A stretch of DNA of 64,000 nt from an uncultured Thermoleophilia bacterium (GTDB lineage Bacteria > Actinomycetota > Thermoleophilia > UBA2241): assembly GCA_963717285.1 (NCBI GenBank), contig CAVQVW010000001.1, positions 3,217-67,216 on the forward strand, given 5' to 3'. Positions 47,773-57,635 of this stretch are shown piece by piece; the first letter of the stretch is position 1, and every line of letters starts with the position of its first letter. A model generated the notes under the pieces. The model was not told the DNA's origin, did not search any database, and was given only the letters and a program-made list of their open reading frames with translations. The translations under genes and the position numbers were made by a program.

Positions 47773-49952
47773 ATGTCCACTCTACGTCACAGATCACTGC
47801 TGCTCGTCGCCTGCGCCCTTGTCGCGCTGGCGATACTGACCGCGGCGGCGCCGCGCGCCGCTGCCAAGACCTACACGGACGTGCCCAAGACGCACTGGGC
47901 CTACTCGTCCATCAAGGCGGTCACCGACCGGGGGCCGGCCGGGCACAAGGTCCTCGACGACTACGGCAAGATCTTCAAGCCCGGAAGGGCCATCGCCCGC
48001 TCGCAACTGGCCCGCGCCCTCGTGATCGCCGCCGGGCGCCGCGGGGAGAGCTACAACCCCGTGGCGATCGGCGACGTCGGGGCACGGCATCGCTACTACG
48101 ATTACATCCAGATCGCGCTCAAGCACAAGTACCTCTCGCTCAACAAGCAGGGCGACTTCCTGCCCGCTGGTTCGGTGTCAAGTGCCCAGGCGGAGGTCGC
48201 CATCGTCCGGTGGGTGAAGGAACGCTACCCTTCGTACTCCTGGCGTCTGCTCGCGAACCTCAGCCCCTCGCGCTGGCAGCCGAACCTGGGATGGAAGACC
48301 GGAGCGCCGAGCTACCTGCCCTCGATCATCGCCTCCCGACAGCTGCAGCTGCGCGTCAACCACTCAAGCGCCAACGACGGCCGCGAGGTCACCCCGGGCC
48401 AGCCGATCACTCGCGCCGCAGTGGCCAGCATGTTCAAGCGCGGCTACGACGCGGGGGCGTCGTGGCGGCTGCAGGGTCTTGCGGACTACGCCAACGTCAC
48501 CTTCCCCGCCCTCAGCGCTCGCCAGAAGCAGATCGTGAGCTTCTCGCTCAAGTACGTCGGCTACCCGTACATCTGGGGCGGCGAGTACCCGACGAAGAAC
48601 TCGCCGTACGGCTACCAGAAGGCCGGTGGCTTCGACTGCTCGGGGTTCGCCTTCTACGTGATGAAGATGAAGTTCGGGTATCCCATCAGCGTGAGCGAGC
48701 GCGGCGGCAGCGCGATGGCGGCCAAGGCCAAGCCGCGCATCACTCGCGGCAAGCTGACGGCGGGCGACCTGATCTTCTTCGGATCGAACGGCACGTCCTC
48801 GACGGTGGCCTCGATCTACCATGTCGGCCTCTACGTCGGCAACGGCTGGTTCATCCATTCCACGGGCTCCAGCGACGGCGTCACCCTCTCCTCGCTGAAC
48901 AAGTCGACCTACTGGAAGTCGCACTACGCCTGGGGGCGTCGACTGCTGACCCGCTCGGAGCTCGCCCTGCAGAGCACGTCAGTCGGCGAACCGGCGCCGT
49001 GGAGCGTGACCCTCGCTCTGTCGGGCTCGCAGGTCGCGGTGAACGACACCGTGACCTACAGCGGTTCGGTACGCAGCGCCGGCGAGAAGGCCGGCAAGGG
49101 CGTCGTGACCATCCAGAAGCGGCTGGCCGCGGGCGGCCCTGGATCGCCTGGCGCACGGCGACCCTGGACGCCACCGGGAAGTACTCGCTGGCCGTGAAGA
49201 TGACGAACCGGCAGGCCTGGCAGTTCCGCGCCAGGATGCCCGGCGATTCCTTCGACCTCACCGGCTACAGCCCCCTCGAGGGACTCATGGTCGGCGAACC
49301 GGCGCCATGGAGCGTGACCCTCGCTCTGTCGGGCTCGCAGGTCGCGGTGAACGACACCGTGACCTACAGCGGTTCGGTACGCAGCGCCGGCGAGAAGGCC
49401 GGCAAGGGCGTCGTGACCATCCAGAAGCGGCTGGCCGCGGGCGGCCCTTGGATCGCCTGGCGCACGGCGACCCTGGACGCCACCGGGAAGTACTCGCTGG
49501 CCGTGAAGATGACGAACCGGCAGGCCTGGCAGTTCCGCGCCAGGATGCCCGGCGATTCCTTCGACCTCACCGGCTACAGCCCCCTCGAGGGACTCATGGT
49601 CGGCGAACCGGCGCCATGGAGCGTGACCCTCGCTCTGTCGGGCTCGCAGGTCGCGGTGAACGACACCGTGACCTACAGCGGTTCGGTACGCAGCGCCGGC
49701 GAGAAGGCCGGCAAGGGCGTCGTGACCATCCAGAAGCGGCTGGCCGCGGGCGGCCCTTGGATCGCCTGGCGCACGGCGACCCTGGACGCCACCGGGAAGT
49801 ACTCGCTGGCCGTGAAGATGACGAACCGGCAGGCCTGGCAGTTCCGCGCCAGGATGCCCGGCGATTCCTTCGACCTCACCGGCTACAGCCCCCTCGAGGG
49901 ACTCATGGTCGGCGAGCCGGCGGCGGTCGTGTCACTCTCGGCCGCGGCCTAG
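47773..49952 (+). CDS. Secreted cell-wall hydrolase: signal peptide, SLH-like domain, NlpC/P60 peptidase domain, then three tandem 103-aa repeats; 1-nt frameshift in repeat 1
   Basis: 'YTDVPKTHWAYSSIKAVTDRG' is SLH-like. 'GGFDCSGFAFYV...HVGLYVGNGWFIHS' carries the NlpC/P60 Cys and His. The repeats read 'VGEPAPWSVTLALSGSQVAVNDTVTYSGSV...'. The first copy lacks one t ('ccctgg' versus 'cccttgg'). Confidence 0.7.
48982..49907 (+). repeat. Three near-identical 309-bp tandem repeats (copy 1 is 308 bp) inside the NlpC/P60 gene
   Basis: Copies start at about 48982, 49290 and 49599. A single synonymous SNP (ccg/cca) and one 1-nt deletion distinguish copy 1. Confidence 0.85.
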
Positions 49953-49978
49953 CGTCCCTCCAGAGACGGGACCAGGCC

Positions 49979-50164
49979 TCAGGCGGCGTGAGCGCCCTCT
50001 CCCCAGACGAACTCGTCGGACCGCCGCAGGAACTCGTACTCCTCCCACGAGACCAGCACCGCCACCGGTAGACCGTCCTTCTCTATGCGGATGGGCTCGT
50101 CAGGACTCTCGGCGAGGAGTTGACCGACTCGGTCCTCGATGTCTGTGATCGAGACAGTCTTCAC
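49979..50164 (-). CDS. Phd/YefM-family antitoxin-like protein; no adjacent toxin gene, so apparently orphan
   Basis: 'VKTVSITDIEDRVGQLLAESPDEPIRIEKDGLPVAVLVSWEEYEFLRR'. GTG start with SD AAGGGAGGA. The downstream neighbour is a convergent gene. Confidence 0.5.
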   Translation of the reverse strand: MKTVSITDIEDRVGQLLAESPDEPIRIEKDGLPVAVLVSWEEYEFLRRSDEFVWGEGAHAA

Positions 50165-50347
50165 AGATCCTCCCTTCAGCCCGTACAGTGAGGTACTCTC
50201 CTCCCCCGGGCCCAGACAAACACTCGAGGCGTTCGCCGTCGCTCGCGCGCCAGGCCACTGCCGACCAACGCCTGGCCTCCCTGCTGCACCGATCTCCGCG
50301 CTATACTCGGTGGAGCCCACCATCGCTGAGCGACAAGGGAGATCGCC

Positions 50348-51751
50348 GTGTCGGCCAGTATTCCGTCTTCACATCCTCGTCACCTGCCCCCCCTCGCCAT
50401 CCTGCCCGCACTCGCGGCGGTGATCGTCGCCGTCGGGGCGATGGTCGCCGCGCCGGCCGTCGCAGCGCCGGGCGAGACGGTCTGGAGCAAGAGATTCTCG
50501 TCGAATGCACGGGGCGATGCCTTCTCCAGCGTCGCCCGCGGCCCCAACCGCAGCGTCTACGTCGCGGGCGTCACGAAGGCCACCAAGAACTACGGGACGC
50601 TGGTGCTCGCCAAGTATCGGGACGACGGCGCCACGGCCCGACGCCTCTGGCTGCGCACGTACCGCTGGCCCGGGCGGCTAGGCTCCGAGGCCGTCGCCAT
50701 CGCCGTTGACAGATCCGGCAACGCCATCGTCGCAGGGACCATCGGCGCCTCACCGCTCGCGACGACCAAGGGACGCGACATCATCGTCCTCAAGTACTCG
50801 TCGAGCGGCACGCGGCGCTGGGCCTGGCGCTACGACGGCCCCGGCCGGCGCGACGACTACGCCACGGGGCTGGCCCTCGACACGGGCGGCAACGTGTACG
50901 TCGTGGGCGCCAGCCGCGGCGCGGGCACGGGTCTCGACTACGTGGCCTTCAGATTCCGAGCCGACGGCAGGCCCCTCTGGACGGTGCGCTACGCGGGCTC
51001 GAGTTGGGACGAGGGCAAGGCCATCGCCGTCGACCGCAAGCGCAACACCTACGTCACCGGCTCCAGCAATCGCAGCGGGACGAGTTCCGCCGCCACGCTC
51101 AAGATCAGCCCCTCGGGCAAACGACTCTGGGTCAAGCGCATGCGGGTCGGCTCCGGCGACACCCACGGCAACGCGATCGCCCTCAGCAGGTCGGGCGGCA
51201 GCGTCTACATCGGTGGCGGCGCCGAGGGTAGCGCGTCGACCAAGATGAACATGCTGGTCACCAAGCTCTCTGCCGCGACCGGAGCCAGGTCATGGGCACG
51301 CACGATCCACGCTGAGGGCATCGACATCGGACTCGACCTTTCCGTTGACAGGTCTGGCAACGCCGTCTGTGTCGGCGACACGACGGCAGCCACCGGCGTC
51401 ACCCACGGCCTGATGGCCCGGGTCACCGCCGCGGGATCGCTCTCCTGGACGCGCGAGATGTGGCTCGAAACGCCCGACAACGAGGGGCATCTGGAGACGG
51501 TGTCGATGAGCGGGCTTGGGAAGGTGTACGCGGGCGGATCCGCCGCGCGCGCAGGCAGGGGCGACGACTTCCTCGTTCAGCACGTCCTCACCGACGGCAG
51601 CGACGGCTGGACCATGTGGAGGGACGGCTCGGCCTCGGCCAGGGACTGGTGCCGCGACCTGGTGCTGGAGCAGAGCGCCGTGTACGCCGTAGGCCGGACG
51701 ACGTCGAAGACCGGCCGCGGCGACGCGCTGCTCGTGAAGATCCGACGCTAG
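50348..51751 (+). CDS. Secreted beta-propeller (SBBP-like) repeat protein
   Basis: Signal peptide, then six or more repeats of 'SGN(A/V)Y V(A/V)G ...' segments. SD AAGGGAG with GTG start. Confidence 0.5.
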   Translation: MSASIPSSHPRHLPPLAILPALAAVIVAVGAMVAAPAVAAPGETVWSKRFSSNARGDAFSSVARGPNRSVYVAGVTKATKNYGTLVLAKYRDDGATARRLWLRTYRWPGRLGSEAVAIAVDRSGNAIVAGTIGASPLATTKGRDIIVLKYSSSGTRRWAWRYDGPGRRDDYATGLALDTGGNVYVVGASRGAGTGLDYVAFRFRADGRPLWTVRYAGSSWDEGKAIAVDRKRNTYVTGSSNRSGTSSAATLKISPSGKRLWVKRMRVGSGDTHGNAIALSRSGGSVYIGGGAEGSASTKMNMLVTKLSAATGARSWARTIHAEGIDIGLDLSVDRSGNAVCVGDTTAATGVTHGLMARVTAAGSLSWTREMWLETPDNEGHLETVSMSGLGKVYAGGSAARAGRGDDFLVQHVLTDGSDGWTMWRDGSASARDWCRDLVLEQSAVYAVGRTTSKTGRGDALLVKIRR

Positions 51752-52025
51752 CCGCGGACGCGCGCCAGCGCCCGTCTTCGCGCTTCTGATCGCGGACGAG
51801 CGACGAGCTGCTGGGACGTCAGACCCAGCAGCTCGTCGCGCGCCGTACGCGTCGGCGCCGGCAAGCCACATGTCTGCCGCCGGTGGCGACCGCTGTGACC
51901 CTGCCTCGGACTAGCGTCGCCGGCGAGCGGTACGTCGCGACGTCCGCCGGGCGACTCTGCGTGCACCCATCATCTGAAGACCTCCTCTCAACACGATCCT
52001 GGCGTCTGCGCTTGGCGGCGCGGTA

Positions 52026-52571
52026 CTACGCCGTGGCAGCCTTCGTCTCGAGCTCGTGCAGCTGGCGCGCCTCCGCGCCGGTGACGAGCCCGATCTCGAC
52101 GAGGTCGAGCGGACTGATGAAACCGTCGCTGATGCGGAAACCGCCGGCGCTGGCGATGGCGTCGCGCAGCGGCACCGCCCAGTGGTGCTCGATGAGCAGG
52201 AGGGCGGCGGCGGAGTCGTTCGGGATATCCTCGAGCACATCCCAGGCCTCCTCATCGGAGAACACCTCGATGCCGTCTTGCGCCGCGGCTTCGGCCCCCA
52301 GAACAGCGCCGGCCGCCATGCCCTCTTCACCCTCGATCCCCAGACCGATGAGAGCGGCGATCTTGCTGCCCATCTCGATGGCCTCGTCCCTGGTCAGGTT
52401 GCTGAGGTGCATGATCTCCATGTCGCCCTCGGCGTCCTTGTAGACGGCGAGCGCATCGATCACGTTCACGGTGCCGCTCTCCTTGAGGCGCTCGAGCTCT
52501 GCGATGATCTGCCCATGGAAGTCCGGGTGTTCGAAGCCGAGCACGAGCAGCTGTACCGGTCCGATCGCCAT
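52026..52571 (-). CDS. Soluble protein with two tandem DUF1269-like N-domains
   Basis: 'VQLLVLGFEHPDFHGQIIAELERLKESGTVNVIDALAV' and 'AALLLIEHHWAVPLRDAIASAGGF' resemble the N-domain of the DUF1269 proteins at 53370 and 57002. SD AAGGAG. Confidence 0.4.
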   Translation of the reverse strand: MAIGPVQLLVLGFEHPDFHGQIIAELERLKESGTVNVIDALAVYKDAEGDMEIMHLSNLTRDEAIEMGSKIAALIGLGIEGEEGMAAGAVLGAEAAAQDGIEVFSDEEAWDVLEDIPNDSAAALLLIEHHWAVPLRDAIASAGGFRISDGFISPLDLVEIGLVTGAEARQLHELETKAATA

Positions 52572-52636
52572 CTTCTTCTCCTTCGTTCGTCGTTGCGGTG
52601 CGATGTGCGTGCCTCAGTAGCGTGCCTCAGCAGGCC

Positions 52637-53287
52637 TCAGACCCGGCCGCCCGCTTGGCTTTCTTCGCTTTCTTGCTCTTGCCCATGTGTCGCATCCTCC
52701 TCTTTGCGTTCCATGCCCACAGCGGCCTTCAGCCATCGGGGGTAGGAGATGTTCTCACGACCAGCGAGCCCCAGCTCCCGCACGGTGGCCATCACCCTGG
52801 CGGCATCGGTGGCCTCGATGGCCAGTGTACGCGTCGTCTCTCCCGCCGCGACCACCTCGGCGATCTCCGACCGGCAACCGTTGACACTGTAGTGGCTCCG
52901 GAGCTTGTGGACCGCGACGGTACGCACACCGCGCTCCGGGACGGCGAGAGCCGCCAGAAGCTCATCGGTCGAGAGCGCACCCTCGGCAAGCCGCGCTGTC
53001 ACGCCCAGCGCCGCGCAGACCTCGTCCACCTCGCCCGGCGGAAGCGGAAAGGGCTTGCTGACGGCGAGCCACCATTGCTCGAGCCTCGCCTCATCGACCT
53101 GCTCGAGTCTCTTGATCTCCACACGATCGGCGCGGATCTTCACGCCTGCGTCCGTCCTGGGAGAGAGCAGGTAGATCTCTTCACTCTCCTCGACCATCTC
53201 GGGCTCCATGGCAGCGAATGTGGCGTCGGCCGCGCCGAACCGCGCTCCGAACGTGCGCCACTCCCAGTGCAGGGCGGTCAGGTCCAT
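52637..53287 (-). CDS. Hypothetical protein; weak CYTH-like features
   Basis: 216 aa, acidic C-terminus. 'EIYLLSP...KIRADRVEIKRLE' is only loosely CYTH-like. No confident assignment. Confidence 0.35.
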   Translation of the reverse strand: MDLTALHWEWRTFGARFGAADATFAAMEPEMVEESEEIYLLSPRTDAGVKIRADRVEIKRLEQVDEARLEQWWLAVSKPFPLPPGEVDEVCAALGVTARLAEGALSTDELLAALAVPERGVRTVAVHKLRSHYSVNGCRSEIAEVVAAGETTRTLAIEATDAARVMATVRELGLAGRENISYPRWLKAAVGMERKEEDATHGQEQESEESQAGGRV

Positions 53288-53369
53288 GGTCGGAGCATCC
53301 TGGCTGGACGACGCGACATCGGAGCAGAGTCCTCTGTGCTGGGCTTGCTGAAGGGCTAGACCGTAGAGC

Positions 53370-53863
53370 TCAGGCCTTCTCGCCGCTGAACGTCTCGCGC
53401 AGGTTGGCTTCCTGCTCCTCGCTGAGGTTGGTGCGGATGACCTTCGCCTTGGTGCCGGCGAGCTCCTCGAGGACGCGGTCGCGGGTCGAGGAACGCACGA
53501 GCAGGAACCAGGCGGTCTCGCCCGGCTTGACCGCGTTGCCGATCTCCTCCAGGACCTGCTTGTCGAGGCCCATGTCGCCGAGCTTGCCGCCGAGCGCCCC
53601 GAAGGCGGCGCCGATCGCCAGGCCGGCCAGCGGCATCAGGAAGATGAGGCCGATGAGCATGCCCCAGAAGGCGCCGCCCATGGCGCCGGCGCCGACCAGG
53701 TGCTTGCCGTGCTCGACGTGCGGCTTGCCCTTCTCGTCGAGGGTCACCATGGCGGCGTCGTCGAGGACCAGCAGCCGGTCCTTGACCAGGCCGCCGATCT
53801 TCGTCGCCGAAGACGCGCGCCTCGGCCTCGCCTTCGAAGCCGAGGATGAAGAGATTGCTCACA
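53370..53863 (-). CDS. DUF1269-family membrane protein with an apparent frameshift near 53795
   Basis: 'VSNLFILGFEGEAEAR' then, in another frame, 'IGGLVKDRLLVLDDAAMVTLDEKGKPHVEHGKHLVGAGAMGGAFWGMLIGLIF'. SD AAGGAGG. Confidence 0.5.
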
Positions 53864-53976
53864 GGTTCCTCCTTGGTTGATGCTGCGGCTGATAACGGTT
53901 CGTAGTGCGGTCCCAGAAGACCCACTGCCGGAGTCCGCCAGTCCCGGTCCACGCTCTTCCATCGACTCCCTTCTGC

Positions 53977-54516
53977 TCATTCCTCGCTGTCGACCCACAT
54001 CAGGTCCGGGTGGAAGTCGTAGCCCCACGGGAGTCCCGCGTTCTTCCAGCCGTTCCTCATGTGCTTGCCGTGGTAGACGCTGCCGGGGTCGTCGACCCTG
54101 TCGCCCTCGAAGCCGTTGACGATGTTGTAGGCGCGCTGGAAGCCGGCCTGAGCGAGCGCGTCGACCGCCATCGCACCACGACCTCCGGTCGCGCACATGA
54201 CGAGGATCGTCTCGTCGGCGCCGAAAGCCTCCCTCACCTTGGCGACGAAGTCGGGGTTGGCCTCCCCAGAGCACCCCGGCGGCCGGCCCGGCATGGACGG
54301 ACCTTCGGGGTCGAACCGGGGGAAGACCAAGGGCACGTTCTTCGCCGTCTCGATGTGGCCGCCGAAGACGTACTCCTCGAAAGTGCGCACGTCGAGGAAC
54401 CCGACCCCGTCGGGGTCGGTCTTCCACATCTCGTAGGCCTCGTTGGGCGTCGCGTAGAGCCCCAGGCTCGTCTTGTTGGATGCCGGGACGGCGACCTCTT
54501 GATCCGCCATGTTCAC
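53977..54516 (-). CDS. Rhodanese-domain sulfurtransferase
   Basis: 'ILVMCATGGRGAMA' is the active-site Cys loop (CxxGxR). Confidence 0.7.
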   Translation of the reverse strand: MNMADQEVAVPASNKTSLGLYATPNEAYEMWKTDPDGVGFLDVRTFEEYVFGGHIETAKNVPLVFPRFDPEGPSMPGRPPGCSGEANPDFVAKVREAFGADETILVMCATGGRGAMAVDALAQAGFQRAYNIVNGFEGDRVDDPGSVYHGKHMRNGWKNAGLPWGYDFHPDLMWVDSEE

Positions 54517-54538
54517 GCCTCCTTCGCCTGCTTCGCGG

Positions 54539-55712
54539 CTACCCGAGCCGCAGCTGCATCGCCTCCTCGAGCGTGCCCCCCTCAGAAAGCTTGCTCCAGC
54601 TCCTCTGCTCCCACTCCTCCTCGAGCCACTCCCTCACACCCTGCTCCAGGAACTCCGGGCGCGCCCAGGCGTCAACATCGAAGTCGTTCTTGATGTAGCC
54701 GTGGCTGAGCATGAAGTCCTTGCCTATCTCGATGCACTCCATGTTCTGCGCGCTCAAGCTCGGCACCATGTCGACATCCTTGATGCCCTGGTAGGTATCC
54801 TCAGCGTCGAGGTAGAACGTCTGTCGGTTGAGGATTGCCCCGGCGGCCCGCTTGTGCTCGTTCGCCCAGCGCCCGACCTTGACCATGGCCTTCATGTAGG
54901 CGATCACCAGTTCTGGATGCTCGTCGGCCATCACGTCGGTACAGGTGATGACGGCGGGCGTGTTCGCGACCTGGATCGTCCAGTCCGGGTACTTGGACAG
55001 GTCCTCGATCATCTTGACCTGGCCGGTCGCCTCCTGAAGGTGCTGAAAGACCTTGCTCTGCGTGTAGATGGCATCGACAGTGCCGTTCAAGCAGCGCCGT
55101 CTCCAGCGGGCGGAAGGCCAGGTCGTGCTTGTGGTCGCGCCGCATCCAGAGCTCGGACGGGTTGTTCATGGGCGGGGTCAGCATCTCGGGCTTGTCGTAC
55201 CAGTCGTCCGGGTAGGGGAACTCCACGAGTTCGATATCGTCCATGGCCATGTCGTTCAGCGTCAGCATGTTCTCGATGCCCATGTGTTCCTGGATGCGCC
55301 ACCAGTCGTTCTTGATGGTGTTCAGGCTCTTGGAGATACCGATCTTCTTGCCCCTGAGATCATTCATCCGGAAGATCGGCTCCCGGGAGCGCACAGCCAT
55401 GCAGCCGCCCTCGTACACCCACGTCGCCCCCAGCAGCACGGTGCGGCGGAGGTCGGCGTGCACGTGGATCGGCGGGTAGAGGCCGCCGAAGCGGACCAGG
55501 TTGTCGAGGTTGTGGATGTAGTGCGGGTACCAGTTGTTCTCGGGGGCGTGGCGGAAGTAGGCGTACTCGACGCCGATCTTCTTGTACTCCTCACGGCACC
55601 AGCCCAGTTCCTGGTCGACGTTGTTGGCGGACACCATGGGGCAGTTGGTGAACCACACCTCGTTCCAGTCCAGCGGCACCGTCGTGCTGACTCGCTCCTG
55701 TCCGGGCATCAT
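54539..55712 (-). CDS. Cytoplasmic SsuA/THI5 (NMT1)-like periplasmic-binding-fold protein with no signal peptide and an apparent frameshift near 55090
   Basis: The N-terminal half lies in ORF 54801..55712 and the C-terminal half in ORF 54539..55090. The fold is similar to sulfonate/taurine-binding proteins and THI5/DszB-like enzymes. It lies between two rhodanese genes. Confidence 0.5.
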
Positions 55713-55767
55713 CTGGTCCTTTCTCTTCGTCTGTCTGTTCGTTCAGCCTGCGCCGAATCGAGCGGTG

Positions 55768-56157
55768 TCAGAGTCCTTCGTGGTGCTCGGCCATCGGCAG
55801 CCCAGCCTCCCGCCAGGCGGTGATGCCACCCTCGAGATTGGCGACATTCTCGAAGCCCATGCTCTGGAGGGTGACGGCGGCGAGAGCTGCTCGATGTCCG
55901 GAGCGGCAGTAGACGATCACCCTGCAGGCCGGGTCCAGCTCGGCGTTGTGGCGGGGGCTCGCCGGATCGGCGACGAACTCGAGCAGTCCCCTGGGGACCT
56001 GCACGGCTCCGCCGATGTGGTGCTCCCACTCGACCGGTTCGCGGATGTCCAGAAGAACCGCGGCACCCGATGCGGCCTCCGTGGAGGCGCCCTGAGGGGA
56101 CACGCTCTCGATCTGGGCCTGCGCCTCGGCGACGAGCTCTGCGACGGACTTCGACAC
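55768..56157 (-). CDS. Single-domain rhodanese sulfurtransferase
   Basis: 'VIVYCRSGHRAALA' active-site loop. GTG start with SD AGGAGGA. Confidence 0.7.
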   Translation of the reverse strand: MSKSVAELVAEAQAQIESVSPQGASTEAASGAAVLLDIREPVEWEHHIGGAVQVPRGLLEFVADPASPRHNAELDPACRVIVYCRSGHRAALAAVTLQSMGFENVANLEGGITAWREAGLPMAEHHEGL

Positions 56158-56255
56158 AGCATCCTCCTGGTTTCGACAGCGCATGTATCGCGTAGTGCAT
56201 AGTGTATTGCCATACGCCGATGGCTACCATAGGCTAGGCCACGATCATCGGCAAG

Positions 56256-56876
56256 ATGCGCAGAGCAGATGGGACGAGCGGCTTGGGAGGCGAGAAGGTG
56301 CGCAAACGGCTCGACGACGGTCGCCGCGACGAGCTTCTGGATGGTGTGATGCGCATCATTGTGGTGCGTGGGTTCTCGAAGGTCCAGATCTCGGAGATAG
56401 CTCGAGAACTGAACTGCTCAGCATCAACGCTCTACAAGATCGCGCCGAGCAAGGAGAGTCTCGTGCTGCTGGCCATCGAACGCTGGAGCGGAGACGCCTT
56501 CGAGAGTCTCGAGGCTCGCGCCAGTCAATGCGGAGACGCCTCGGACCGCGCCCGTACCTACTTCCGGGCGGGAGCCGAGGCTCTCCGCCCGATGTCCTTG
56601 GCGTTCTTCTCCGACGTGGAGCGTTTCCAATCGACCAGGATGGTGTGGCGGCAAACTGTCGTGGACCGCTACATCGACCGGTTCGTCGAACTGGTCCAAG
56701 ACGCGGAGAAGGCCGGTGAGATCCGGCCTGTGAACACTCGTTTCCTCGGCGAGATGCTGAGGCGGGTCGGCTTCGCGACGCGTGACGAGGCCGTGTTGAG
56801 TGCATGCGGGCTCACCAGCGAGCAGGCAGTGCTGGAGGTCGAAGGGACCATCTGGGATGGGATCCGCTTCAGGTAG
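56256..56876 (+). CDS. TetR/AcrR-family transcriptional regulator
   Basis: 'ISEIARELNCSASTLYKIAPSKESL' HTH. Divergent from the rhodanese gene. Confidence 0.8.
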   Translation: MRRADGTSGLGGEKVRKRLDDGRRDELLDGVMRIIVVRGFSKVQISEIARELNCSASTLYKIAPSKESLVLLAIERWSGDAFESLEARASQCGDASDRARTYFRAGAEALRPMSLAFFSDVERFQSTRMVWRQTVVDRYIDRFVELVQDAEKAGEIRPVNTRFLGEMLRRVGFATRDEAVLSACGLTSEQAVLEVEGTIWDGIRFR

Positions 56877-57001
56877 AGACCGAGGGAGGGACGCGTGAAG
56901 CGCGCCAAGTGAGAGTACCGCTGGCGGCCGGAGGAGGGACTCGTTGGGTAGCCGGCCCCGCCGGCAGACGAGGAAGGACAACATCACTCAGAGGAGGATC
57001 C

Positions 57002-57514
57002 ATGAACGACGCCCCACTGGACTTGTACATCGCCGGGTACGGCGACCCCGAATCGGCCAAGGCCGACTTCGACCAGCTGAAGAAGGCGCAGCGCGAGGGC
57101 ATCGTCCTCATCGACGGGGCGATCCTCGTCAGCCGTGACGCCGACGGCTCGCTGCACGTGAAGGAGAGCGGCGACCACGATGTCTTCACGGGCGCGACCG
57201 TGGGCGTCGCCGGCGGCTTGGTCGTCGGCCTCTTCGCGCCGCCGCTGCTCGGTGCGATGGTCGTCGGCGGTGTCGTCGGCGGCCTGGTCGGCAAGCTCGC
57301 CAAGCACCATGAGGAGAAGGGCATCCAGAGGGACATCGAGGACGCGGTCCCGCCTGGCACCTCCGCGGTGGTCGCCGTCTTCGAGGAGGTCTGGGTCGGC
57401 GAGGTCGAGCGCCAGCTGGCCAAGGCCGACAAGAAGGCGATCAAGGAGGCCGACAAGCAGACCGCCAAGGAACTCAAGTCGTCTCTCGAGGAGAGCAAGA
57501 AGCAGGGGTCGTAG
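57002..57514 (+). CDS. DUF1269-family membrane protein
   Basis: 'LDLYIAGYGDPESAKADFDQLKKAQREGIVLIDGAILVSRDADGSLHVKE...GATVGVAGGLVVGLFAPPLLG'. SD GAGGAGGA. Confidence 0.55.
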   Translation: MNDAPLDLYIAGYGDPESAKADFDQLKKAQREGIVLIDGAILVSRDADGSLHVKESGDHDVFTGATVGVAGGLVVGLFAPPLLGAMVVGGVVGGLVGKLAKHHEEKGIQRDIEDAVPPGTSAVVAVFEEVWVGEVERQLAKADKKAIKEADKQTAKELKSSLEESKKQGS

Positions 57515-57635
57515 GCGGCCGCTGGCACTTCCCAGAAGAAGGAGAGCTCGACGTGAGGGGCGGAGGAGCAAGGGGTCTTCGCCCCGCCCCTCGCGTCGTC
57601 GCGACGGCCCACCGACGAGTTGGCGTGGGCCCAAC

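Noticed and set aside
48881-49879. Three identical 68-aa minus-strand ORFs ('MRSKESPGILARNCQACRFVIF...')
   Set aside because: They are antisense reading frames of the 309-bp coding tandem repeats in the NlpC/P60 gene. The perfect repetition is explained by the sense-strand repeat.
48982-49907. Possible CRISPR array (regular repeats)
   Set aside because: The repeats are 309 bp, contiguous and protein-coding (Ig-like units), with no spacers. No cas genes are present in the window.
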